From contig NC_068993.1 of the NCBI RefSeq assembly GCF_001194135.2, forward strand, positions 43,420,195 to 43,464,877: DNA of 44,683 nt. Direction: 5' to 3'. Every line of letters begins with the position of its first letter. Position 1 is the stretch's first letter. Positions 11,640 through 23,453 of the stretch are shown here, piece after piece. The DNA is from Octopus bimaculoides (taxonomy: Eukaryota). The notes under the pieces were generated by a model. It ran no database searches and was not told where the DNA came from. It saw only the letters and a program-made list of their open reading frames with translations. Made by a program: the position numbers and the translations under genes.

Positions 11640-13386
11640 GTTCATGGATGCATATGTTCAGCTTTAACTTTCCAGTATGTTGCAACAAAGGAAATAGAAA
11701 TATATCTCTGTTTCTATAAGAATGATTGGCAGCCAAAGTTTGCTCTCTTAAACTCAACAATTTCGGAAATAATTCCAGTGATAAAAGATCTTTTCAAATA
11801 TTTTTATATTTTATTCATATACCTTTTTATTTTTGGAATCTGCTGCTAACCAAAAATCAGTTCATTAACAGGATAGATACGATTAACATTTATAAATATG
11901 CATTGCAAGAGGGAATGTTATTATCTGCAAGACCTTCACACATAAACTCCTTTACCATTCTTCTTTCCAAACTGTTATTCTTTTACCAGTGACAATCTAA
12001 ATGTGATCAAACTATGTTATTCTGACCATTAAAATAATCTATTCAAAAGTTGTTTTGTTCAGTCTTTAGCCAAAGCTTTTCCATTTTGCAGAGAATATCC
12101 ATTTATAGTAAGTTTCTCTGGGAAAAAGAAGAAATGTCTTTTTATGACTGCCTTCACAAGATGTTCATAAACATTGTCAATTGTAGAAAATTTGATACTT
12201 ATTTTGCAGTTATTTCCTCAAAGTTATATTTGCATAGTGATTCTAGCTATTAAAATAACTTTGTAACTTCATTCAGCCTAATAAAAATATATTTATTATT
12301 TAAGCAAGTATCTTTGTGTTCATATTACCCCGTTCCAGCAACTTAACTCACATTTAGATAACTGCTGGGATGTAAAATTCCCTCTTATCTGTTTCATAGT
12401 TGCAGTGAGCCTGTAATGAGCAGGGAGAGAAAGAAGTTCTTTCCATCATGGACAACATTATAGCTACATATCGTGTTGGTTATTTTCTCAGTGTAGATAA
12501 GGAGCTAATGTATTCTTCAGTGCTAACTAAATCTTCTGGAAAACAACTGCTTGAAAATACATTTCCTTTTATGCTATAGCCATCTTTATAGTATATTCAT
12601 ATCATACATACATTCATTCATTCATTCATATGTATATGTGTATCCATCTATCTATGTGTGTATGTGTATCTGCATACACATATCTATATCATTGTACACT
12701 CTATATATGATTGATTACTCAGAAAAATATACATTAATATGCTTGTCATGTATTTCAGTTTATTATATACAGCTCATTTGTGTATAACTCAGGATAGATA
12801 CCCTATTGTTTAATAATTATCTCCCTTCTTTTTTTTTTACCTCTCTTTAGAATAATTCACTGCCACAAATCCAGCTCTAATCTGTCAATATTTACACATT
12901 TTTTCTTTATCTTTTTTTATGTGTATGTATGTGTGTATGAATGAATGTGTTTTTTGTGGATTGCTGAATAATATTCAGCTATTTTAATGAACTTTTCAAT
13001 ATCAGAATGGAATTTTCTGACTAGAAATGATGTAAGAAATGGGGAAGGTTAAGGGTGGGAAGGGATAAAATTCCATATCATTAAATGGATAGAGTATTAA
13101 AATTTATCTAACCTGAAAATACATGAATTGGGTTCTAAATTTTGTCCACCCCCACCCCTCGTGTTCTGTTCTTTATAAGCAACAGTGTAATTTATTTTCA
13201 TTCCTGGAGGTTTCAACAATAATAAATGATTCAAGCCAAGAACACAAAACAACCTAACATGACATTATTCCTCAAGCGAGAATTTTACTACTATATAAAG
13301 TCTCTATTGGATTTAAAGAAAGAAAAATATCTAAGAAAAAATTTTTTTTTTTTTTTATAGTTTCTTCTTCAATGAAACTTACCTAT

Positions 13387-13538
13387 GGACAGACATGGTT
13401 GTGTAGTTATACAAAGTTTACTTCGTGGCCATGTCATTCTGAGTTCAGTCCCAGCGTGTGTAACTTTGGTAAATGTCTTCTGTTATAGGCCCAGAACAAT
13501 CAAAGCCTTGTGAATGAATATTGTAGACGGAAGCCTGT

Positions 13539-13577
<39 letters not shown>

Positions 13578-13640
13578 TTGTGTGTGTGTGTATGTCTATA
13601 TATATATGTGTGTGTATGTATATATATATATTTATGTATG
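13387..13640 (+). mobile_element. SINE family A head plus internal (TG)/(TA) microsatellite
   Basis: GACAGACATGGTTGTGTAG...GAGTTCAGTCCC...CAAAGCCTTGTGAATG...GACGGAAGCC followed by (TG)n(TA)n. Confidence 0.8.
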
Positions 13641-13714
13641 TATTCTTTTATGTTTCACCCGTGAGGCTGTGGCCATGCTGGGGCACCGCCAGTGTAATCA
13701 CCTTTTAATTGACC

Positions 13715-14700
13715 AATTCTATGAGGTTGGCTTTTGGTAAAGGAGGGAGTTCTATATCACAGCCCTCTTTTGAATTTCTTGCCTTGATATTAGTTCATCT
13801 GGGATCCTGGACAGCATGAGGTCAAGTTGTTTTTTGAAAACCTCTACTCCCACTCCATGGAGATCCCTCAGATGTTTTGGCTAGGAGTTAAGTAGCTGTG
13901 AGCCCTAGAATCCCAAGCTATTGCAGAACATGGTCCTCGCCTTAGATGAGACAGCTGGGACTTTTGGAACAGTGCAGTGACGTCCATTTCAAGGTCCGGT
14001 ATAACTCTCAAGTCCAAAGTTTGGTGCCAGCCCCTCCAGTATCTTCCACACATATATCACTGCATACCTCTCCTGTCTTCATTCCAGAGAGTAGAGTCGT
14101 AGCTCTTTCAGTCTCTCCTAGTAGCACAGCTGTTCCATTGATGCAATCTTCCTTGTGTAATATCGCTGAACCACCTCAAGTTCTGCTATTAATCCTACAG
14201 TGTAAGGTGACCACAGTTGAGAGCAGTAGTCCAGGTGGCTGAGGACAAAAGTCCTCCCTAGGACCAGCATAGTTTCCTGGCCCCTTGTACTAAAGGTTCT
14301 CAGAATACATTCAGCCATTCGCCTGCACACTGCCACCATCTTAGTGACATGCATGTGAAATGAGGCATCGTTGCTCATATCAATCCCAAGATCACGCACT
14401 GTGATTCTAGGATTGCCGCTCCTTTCAGTCCAAAGAATTGTTGTTGTGACTTCTGAGCACCAATTAGATGGTAGCAGAGGGCGTGGGATTTGCTTGCATT
14501 AAATTGCATGTTGTTGTCTTCAGCCCATTTATATATGGCATGTAGGTCTTTCTGTAGAAGATTAGCATCAGCAGGTTATTTGACTGCTTGTACTACTTTT
14601 GTATCATCGGCTTGGCTAGTAAGTGTGGCTGTCTGTGTAACTGATGGCATGTCTGAAAGAGCCACCATGAACAGCAGTGACCCCAATACAGTTCCCTGAG
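13715..14700 (-). mobile_element. CR1-type LINE, 5'-truncated (RT motif C through C-terminus), frameshifted
   Basis: Peptides QGTVLGSLLF...TLTSQADDTKV (YADD motif decayed), RDLGIDMSNDASFHMHV, VLSHLDYCSQLWSP..IAELEVVQRYYTRKI and a YVWKILEGLAPN-type C-terminus are CR1-clade signatures. Confidence 0.92.
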
Positions 14701-14722
14701 TATTTGTGTGTGTGTATGTATG

Positions 14723-14755
<33 letters not shown>

Positions 14756-14757
<2 letters not shown>

Positions 14758-15040
14758 TAGTCATCATCATTTAATGTCCATTTTCCATGCTGGCATGGGT
14801 TGGACAGTTTGACTGGGGACTGGCAAGCCAGGAGGCCGCACCAGGCTCCAATCTGATCTGGCAATGTTTCTACAGCTGAATGCCCTTCCTAACACCAACC
14901 ACTCCAAGAGTGTAGTGGGTGCTTTATACATGTCATCAGCATGGGAGCCTGTCAAGCGGCACTGGCATCGGACACGTTCAAATGGTACTTTTTAAGTGCT
15001 GCCAGTACAGGAGCCAGTTGGGGTGGGGGCGCTGACTGGC
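14756..15040 (-). mobile_element. SINE family C (ends CCAACCCATGCCAGCATGGAAAATGGACATTAAATGATGATGAT)
   Basis: The same sequence recurs at ~9915-10090, ~37850-37990 and ~38080-38220, with a (GAT)n tail. Confidence 0.75.
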
Positions 15041-15234
15041 ATCAACAACGTTCAGAAATTATTTCAAAGTTTGTGTATTTCAACAGAAATATGGTAACAA
15101 ACGGGTCAAATAATATATTTTTATTAATCTGTGTGGAGTTACAAAGTTATTTTGCTAGAACCACAATGCAAATATAACTTTGAGATAGTAACTGCAAAAT
15201 AATTATCAAATATCCAAAACATTTCTATGAACTA

Positions 15235-15631
15235 AGGCATGGCTATGTGGTTAAGAAGCTCGCTGTGTAATTACATGGTTTTGGGTTCAGTTCAACTGCA
15301 CAGCACCTTGAGCAAGTGTCTTCTACCTTGAGTGAATTTATTAGATGGAAACTGGAAATCCATTATATATACATGTGTGTGTGTCTTTGTGTTTGTGTAT
15401 TACCCCCAGCACCACCTGTACCACCTTGCATGCACACCTCTTGACAACCTGTTTATGTTTAAGTCCCTTTATCTCAGTTGCTTGGCAATGAGGCTGATAA
15501 AATAAATACCTGACTTTCAAAAGAAAAACAAAAAGAACTGGGATTGATTGTTCAACTAAATCCTTTAAAGCAGTGCCCCAGCTTGACCACAGTCCAATAA
15601 CTGAAGCAAGTAAAAGTACAAAAAGCAAGAG
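15235..15631 (+). mobile_element. SINE family A with tail type 1
   Basis: Head AGGCATGGCTATGTGGTTAAGAAG. The tail ...CACAGTCCAATAACTGAAGCAAGTAAAAG matches the tail of the 32219 copy. Confidence 0.8.
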
Positions 15632-16379
15632 ATTTTTTTTTAAAGTTGGGGATAGTCTCTTCAAAATAGGGACCCTTGCACAAAGACCAAACAATGCAAT
15701 CTTTCAATAACAGAATCAAACCTAATCAAACCTGAACTGCACTATTATGAATCGAACCTCTTACCCACACAACCAGTCATGCTTCCACCTATCTTACTTA
15801 GTCATAAAATGGAATTCAATTTTTTTATCTTCTTTATCATTAATTACCATTTTGTTTGATTGTATTTGTTTGCTCTTTTCAGTGCCTTGAAGACTATGGG
15901 GCTGCGATTCTAGAATGTTAATTCAGACCCTCTGCTTCCTTTTATCCGTGACTGTATTTAGATAGATTAATTTTCTATACAAGACTTAATGAGAAGTCTT
16001 TTGATCCAGCATGTTACGTCTTCTGTTTATTCCTGTAAAAGAGTTTTTTAAACTAAACCAACGTTGCTCTAAAGTAGTCTGACTGTTGCCATTTTATTGA
16101 TCAGTTGACAGCAATTGCAAACAGCAGAGGGTTTAGAATAACTATGACTACATCATGGGGAAGGAAAGGGGCACAGAATTGAGAAGCAAGATACATATAT
16201 TTAAAAAAAAAAAAAAACAATTAATTTCTAGAGGGACAAAAGAAATCTTTCAGAACCATTTTTCAATGTACAGAACACAGGAAAGCTATAGAAAAAAGGA
16301 CCAAAGCTTCTCAATTCCTTGCCCTTTATCTTCCCCATAAGCTAGTGATACCTTGCCTTGAAAATGTTAAAATTTAGAT

Positions 16380-16635
16380 CAGTGGTTCTCAACTAGGGTT
16401 CATATGACCCTGGTGGGTGGGGGTTCATGTAAGATTTTGTTAAAATCTAAGTGCAATAAATTGCTTATACTTCCACAACACACAAAATATTTCAGCAATT
16501 TATTATATATTTCCTAATGATATCTAATTATGGAAATATAATAGGATTTTTTAAACATTACATGGCTTTGAGGAACCATCCAAGTAAAATAGAAACCACA
16601 GAGGATCATAGGCAAAAAATGGTTGAAAACCACTG
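16380..16635. mobile_element. hAT-type (Charlie-like) MITE
   Basis: TIRs CAGTGGTTCTCAAC and GTTGAAAACCACTG, with a perfect 8-bp TSD ATTTAGAT at 16372-16379 and 16636-16643. Confidence 0.93.
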
Positions 16636-16763
16636 ATTTAGATATTGTGGAATACAGCAATAAGAAATTAGTAATTCTTCAATGATTTATTTTAAATTTC
16701 ATGCTGGCTGATTGAATAAGCTGTCAGGCAAAACTTGACACAATTTATAATAAATTTGATTTT

Positions 16764-17673
16764 AAGCACAAGCATGGGTGTGTGGCTAAGAAGATCACTT
16801 TGTAGCACCTTAGGCAAGTGTCTTCTAAGTCTCAGGCTGACCAAAGCCTTGTCGGTGAACTTAATAGACAAGTGTGTGTGTTCATGTCTATGTTTGTACC
16901 CCACTGACTCTTGGCAGAGTTAGTATGTTTACATCATCATAACTTAGCAGTTCATCAAAAAAATCATTAGAATAAGTAAAAGTAAGGCTAAAGATTCCCT
17001 TTGGTTATGAATGACCAAGCCATTGCACCTAGAAAGTTCCCCTCCAAGGCACAAGTCCAGGCAGGGCTGTATAGGGAAGACCAGCAGTCGCCCATGCATA
17101 CCAGCCTTCCTTTGCCATGCCACCAACGTTATCCTAGGGAAAGACAAAGGCTGATACAACTTGGTACCTGTGATGTTGCAACTCATTTCTACAGTTGAGT
17201 AAACTGGAACAACGTGAAATAAAGTGCCTTGCTCAAGAACACAACACACAGCCCTATCCAGGAATCAAACTCACTACCTTATAATTGTGAGCCTGATGAT
17301 CTTACCACTGAGCCATGCACCTTCACTAGAATAAGTACCAGGGTTTTAAAAAATCAGGTACTGGGGTTGATTTGTATGACTAAAATTCTACTAGCATTGC
17401 CCCATCATGGCCACAGTCTAATGACTGAAACAAGTAAAAGATATAAGAGATGTAGGTTTGTCGGTATCATTGTGTTTGTGCCCCACCATCACTTGACAAC
17501 TGGCATTAGTTTGTTCATGTCCCCATAACTTAATAGTTTAGCAAAAGAAATGCAATAGAATATGTACCAGACTTTAAAAAACATGTATAAATACTGGGGT
17601 CAGTTTGTTTGACTAAACTCTGCTAGGCTTTACCCCAGCATGACCACAGTACAATGACTGAAACAAGTAAGAG
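16764..17673 (+). mobile_element. SINE family A interrupted by family D
   Basis: Head at 16764. The body resumes after 17326 and ends ...AATGACTGAAACAAGTAAGAG. Confidence 0.8.
16979..17326 (-). mobile_element. SINE family D (tRNA-like head), full-length
   Basis: On the - strand: GTGAAGGTGCATGGCTCAGTGG (A-box-like), GAGTTTGATTCC (B-box-like) and TGTGTTCTTGAGCAAGGCACTT. 11-bp TSD TAGAATAAGTA at 16968-16978 and 17327-17337. Confidence 0.88.
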
Positions 17674-18371
17674 ATCTGCTCTCAGTCAGTACTGAGTCAC
17701 CTTACTTGTAAATGTTCTGTTATTATTATTAAACTCGCTTGGAAATAATAAACTTCCAGTTTAACATATAATTCTTCAATGATGAAATAAAATGGTAAAA
17801 AAAGTAAGAAAGAACGAGGAAATGTATTGTTCTTGCATCCATGTTTCAAACTATATGTTAGATATAATTTGAATATTTCCCAAATAATTTTTTCTTTCTC
17901 TCCCTCTCTCGCTTTCTCCCCTCTCTCTCAAATATGTTATGTTTCTCTCATTCATATTAAATTAAAGACTTTCTTGAAAATATTTATCCCTCTGATATTG
18001 TTTCGTTATTTTGTTCACGTATTCTCTGTTCTTCATTTTGTAATAAAATCTTCCTTTCATTGTGTTAGAGACATATCATCATTAAGATAGATAAACATGG
18101 TGGGGGTGGGGGTGGAGATGATGGCAGTAATTATGGTGGTGGTGATAGTAGTAGTGACAGCAGTGGTTGTTGTTGTTGGTGGCGGTGGTAGTAGTACCAC
18201 CTTTATATTCTATAAGTAAAGTTTCATTAAGTTAATGGACAGACTTTCCTAAAAAGGGTATATATGTATATATATATAATGTGCACATTCACGCACATTA
18301 ATATATATATGTCCATATACCTACTTGCATACACTCATGTGCATATGTATTTATACATACTTATGTATGTT

Positions 18372-18403
<32 letters not shown>

Positions 18404-18852
18404 TATATATATATATTTCTCAAGTCTGTGATAGAAACAGAACCATATATTCTAGCATTTTGATTAGCAAATACAATGGCCGATATCATGCCCCAGTGGT
18501 TAAGAATTGAATAAAAATAAAGGATGAAGAAATGTTCTTCGTTTACCATTCTTCTATGGTTATGACCACAATCAGTATAACAAAGATCTTTAAAAATCTT
18601 GCCTTCTGGCAAAAGATTTCTTATCTTCATGTTTACAATCATTGATACTTTGTTGCAGAGTTCTATGACACTATCTCTATACCACGATATCAAGTTTCCA
18701 TTTCACATAGCTTTTCCTCTTAAATGTTTTCCGAGATCATACTGACCTTTTTTCCTTTTAAGTTTAGAGTAAATAAGTATCTTGACTTACGTTTCTTAAT
18801 CCTAGTTCTTATAAAATTTTCTCCATTCTCTTCTCTTTATTTTTTTCTGAAT

Positions 18853-18902
<50 letters not shown>

Positions 18903-19134
18903 NNNNNNNNNNNNNNNNNNNNNNNNNNNNNNNNNNNNNNNNNNNNNNNNNNNNNNNNNNNNNNNNNNNNNNNNNNNNNNNNNNNNNNNNNNNNNNNNNN
19001 NNNNNNNNNNNNNNNNNNNNNNNNNNNNNNNNNNNNNNNNNNNNNNNNNNNNNNNNNNNNNNNNNNNNNNNNNNNNNNNNNNNNNNNNNNNNNNNNNNNN
19101 NNNNNNNNNNNNNNNNNNNNNNNNNNNNNNNNNN
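18903..19134. other. Assembly gap (232 N) flanked by poly-T and (TA)n/(TG)n
   Basis: N run visible in the sequence. Confidence 1.
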
Positions 19135-19170
19135 ATATATATATATATATAAACACCCACATACACACGT

Positions 19171-19252
<82 letters not shown>

Positions 19253-20160
19253 TATATTTATATAATGGTGAAATTGAAGCAATATTGAAATAAGATTTTC
19301 AACACAGTATAAGATTCCTATCTGTTTCCTTCTCAACAAAACGTCTTATTCATTAACATTGGTATGCTCACTGAAGCTCAGACAGACCAGCCATCTATCT
19401 TATCCTTATTTTCAGGAATGCTAATGGAAAGAAAATAAACACAGAGCATGTGTTAAGACAAGAGTTCTGCTGAAATGGAGCTGTCTTGCAAGAACTGAAA
19501 ATTTCTTGTGTGCATGGCACAAAATACCGTCATTGGCCTCTTTTGATAATGAAAGTGTATTCAGCTATAAACCAGTGTTCCAACATTGTGTAATATTAAA
19601 CTCAAGTTATTTATTCCAAGTTCTAACATATTCTTGTTTAAATGTACTATTATTTGCCTGAATAAACCTTCTTGCCACACAATGTCATATGAAGCAAAAA
19701 CAAAAACTAATAGTGGTAATAATAATAATAATAATAATAATTCGAATGTTTGCTTCTGGTGTATAGTTTCACAAACTTCAATAGTTAAAGGAAGCTAGTG
19801 AAATAAAGCAAAAAATCGAAACAGAATTAGATTTTAAAATTATACAAACACTGTACTGTTTTGTGGTTATTGCTTGTTAGAACTATTTTAAGAAGGAAAT
19901 CAAAGTTAAAATGATAAGATGCAAAAAAAAAGACAAAAATAAACAAGGATTTTCTCTGAAAGACTGCAAGACTTTAATTTCAAATATATTATAAAAATTA
20001 TTATCACTGGTCATAAATTACACCATATAATTCACTTCACTTGAAGAACTAATAATTATGGCCTTCTACTTGTATTTTCATAAAAAAAAGTCTTTTTTGA
20101 ATCTCTTGTCCTTGTTACATCTTATCATCTGTGTGTGTCACCATTATTACAATGGCCTCT

Positions 20161-20756
20161 TATCATTATCCTCATTTAATGTCTACTTTTTCATGCTTGC
20201 ATGGGTTGAATGCAATTTGTTCAGCCAGATTTTCTACAGTCGGATGCCCTTCCTGTTGCCAACCCTCATCTATTTCCAAGCAAGATACATGTTTTTCACA
20301 GAATACTGTACATTACTTGTATTATTATAGTGCTAGTAAGGCAGCAAACTGGCAGAAACGTTAGCACGCCAGGCGAAATGATTAGCGGTGTTTCGTCTGT
20401 CTTTACATCCTGAGTTCAAATTCCGCCAAGGTCGACTTTGCCTTTCATCCTTTTGAGGTCAATAAATTAAGTACCAGTTAAATACTGGGATTGATCTAAT
20501 TGACTGCCCCCCTCCCCCAAAATTTCGGGCCTTGTGCCTTGAGTAGAAAAGATTATTGTAGTGCTAGTCATTTACAATGATCATGTGATGTCAAGACAAA
20601 GGCGCATACAAACAGCAAAATTCTTTTACTTCTATCTACCAAATGCACACACAAGGTTATGGTCAGTCTAAGATTATAGTAGAAGACACTTACCCAAGAA
20701 TTGAACCCAAGACCATATGGTTAGGAAGCAAGCTTCTTACAACACAGCCATACCCA
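20161..20756 (-). mobile_element. SINE family A with tail type 2, interrupted by family B
   Basis: Head at 20660-20756 (AGAAGACACTTACCCAAG...GAACCCAAGACC), tail at 20161-20320. Confidence 0.8.
20338..20551 (+). mobile_element. SINE family B, well-preserved full-length copy
   Basis: A-box-like TGGCAGAAACG and B-box-like GAGTTCAAATTCC. 17-bp TSD with one mismatch: ATTATTATAGTGCTAGT (20321-20337) and ATTATTGTAGTGCTAGT (20552-20568). Confidence 0.92.
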
Positions 20757-23240
20757 CTTATCTGTTTATTTGAAATTGTTTAGACATCACAATCTCCACA
20801 AAAACTCCCCACTCATTACTCACCAAATTTCTGTTCTTCTTCCTTTAACAAGCTAATAATAAAACATATTAAAAAACTGAGACAATTCTAAAGTAGTTTT
20901 TACTCTAAACCATTTTCATTTATTTGTTTATTGTTTTTAGCAATAGGAATTTCAATTCATGATTTGTCAGCTTCTAGATAGTTTTGTATTTTTTTCATTA
21001 ACTAAAATCAAATAGGAAGAATGAAATTGTTTTTAAAAAAATATTAAACAAAAAAATTTTCAAAATACTCATTGAAATTTGAGCCCTAATTAAAAATTTA
21101 ATATACAAAGCAAAATCAAATTTTAATCACTAAAAACTAAAAAAATTTTTTTTTCTTTTTTGAAATTGAATTTTAATTTCAGTTGGCAGTTTACCTTAGA
21201 TGTTAGTTTATGAAAACAATCAGTTTTACCAATTTGCAATTTTAAACAAAAAATATTTTGAAAAAATTATAGGACAATAAAAAAAATTTTAATTAGATTT
21301 TCCCATTCCTGAGATTTTTCACCCCCTTTTCCTTTTATCCTTGTTTCTTCTCTCCATGTTAGGTGATAGATTTAACACTCTGATTTAAGACCATCACATT
21401 CTTTTTCTTGAGTGCCTTTAGCAGAATTCATTCCAAAACTAACATGTTTGCTAGAGCTGTTTGTGTTGTGTATTAACCTCACCAATATCCACAGTCTTTG
21501 AGAGTATACAGTAGTCATAGATACTGCTCTTCATTCTCTTGTATAACCTATAAAAACATATGCACATACACAAGACGAATTTAAAACACCTGCAATCATT
21601 TCTTGCTTCTATGCTGGTCCTCTTTAATTAACCCTGGCTATTCACACAACTAGTTTTCTTTGCTCTACTTAAATTCTTGTATTTTTTTAATTGTTTACTG
21701 TAAAACGCAAAGAAGAAACTAAACTAAAAAGAAAACACTTAAGATAAAGAAAGTACATTGGTTTGGCCATGTCCACAGCAGTAATGTTAATGTTGATATT
21801 AAAATGTTTAGCAACTTCTAGCAAGTTGCTGGGTGGGATTTAGGAAAAACTGACTTTGGAAATTCCATTCTTGTTTGCTTTTGCACAAATCTTTTCTAGT
21901 GAACTGGTTAAGTAGTATTTAAACAACTGACATATTTCAGCTGCTAACCAAATAGCAGAAGCAATATGATGTCACATGCTGCTAACTTCTTTTCGTCACT
22001 AATGAATTTTTACAAAAATATATCTTGCTATATCCTTTCCTTTGGTTTCTTGCTGCGCTCCAGAATTATCTCTCTTCTTTTTTTTTTCCTCCTTGTTTTT
22101 TTTTTTTTTTGAGAACTTGTTTTATTTTTGTTAATTATTGAAAATGTAACTAATTATTTGCATTAGTAGTATTATTTAGAATCTCACACTATTTAATTTT
22201 AACATGTTTCTATTTTATTTGTTATTTATTATTGTTTTAGTCTTATCTATTTCCTGAAATTTCATTTATCTGCTATTCATCATATTCAACCTTAACTCTT
22301 CTTCGTTTATGCCTCGAGTAAATTTCAAGGGTTTTTTTTTCTCTTTGTTTCCTTAGTTTTTTTTATATTTTCTTTTTCAGTTTTAATTAGTTACGTATAT
22401 GATTCTTCTTTTTGTCTTTAATATTCCTACATATGTGCCACAAAGTTGAAGAACAAAAGTTTTTGTTTTTTTTTTGTTTTTTTTAAATTTAATGTTAATT
22501 TTCATTTTCCAACTATATAACATCTGCAGGAAATTCTTCAAACTATAGTTAATTACTTCGTGTTAGCATGAGTCTGTCTTTATTCTTGAAAATCTAATCA
22601 TGTAAAGAATCTTTGCAAAGAATCTGTCATTACCTTCATATTTTTATTTATTTATTTACTTATTTGAAATTTCTTAAATAAATATATATTGTAGTTTCTT
22701 TGTACACAACAAAATTTTCCAAACACTTACTCTATAGACATATGGTGCCAAGTTATTTAATTCTTGGTTGTTTGTCACCTAAAATGCTATCTTAGTCACT
22801 CAATATTAATTTAATTATTATTGCAGCTAAATGGCATCAACATAAAATGTCTTCTTTCCTCATTCTTCATTTTATTTCCCTCCAAAGACACACAGCAATA
22901 TTTGTTACAAGAATCTTGTATTTTTTTATATTTATTTAGTAATTTTATTACAGTTTAAGATTATCATCCGCTTCCTATAGATTTAAGTTTTGTCTAAATT
23001 GTTTTTATGAAATATTCTGACAAAATATACATCAATGGTTCCAGTGTATTAGTTATTGCATTAATTAGTTCTCTATGTTGAAAGTTATAAGAGTTTGGTT
23101 CCTAAACGATGCTCCATAAAAATAATAAAATTATATATCTAAAACTGTGGAATGTATGAAATGAAATTCTAAAACTAAAGTCTTCATAATTATGCTTTGT
23201 TTATTATATTAAAAAGTAATTATTTACAGTTATAGACTAT

Positions 23241-23405
23241 AGGGTGCAGGTATTGGCTGTAAGTTAAGAAGTTTGTTATTGAACCAAATGGTTTTCGGTT
23301 CAGTTCCACTTCACAGCATCTTTCACTATAGCTCCAAGCTAACTGATGCTTTATGAATGAATATGGTAGATTGGAAGTTGTACAAAGCCTGTTGTGTGTT
23401 CATAA

Positions 23406-23453
<48 letters not shown>

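Noticed and set aside
13041-13065. G-quadruplex candidates (also 18100-18120)
   Set aside because: Fewer than four G3 runs.
18361-18693. 110-aa - strand ORF (…LLPEGKIFKDLCYTDCGHNH…)
   Set aside because: No acceptor or recognisable family, and the 3' half runs into microsatellite.
18724-19339. 130-176 aa ORFs spanning poly-K/poly-F
   Set aside because: Artefacts of poly-T and the N gap.
21811-21831. Short hairpins (AGCAACTT..AAGTTGCT; also AGGTCATC..GATGACCT at ~11311-11334)
   Set aside because: 8-bp stems are expected by chance in 45 kb.
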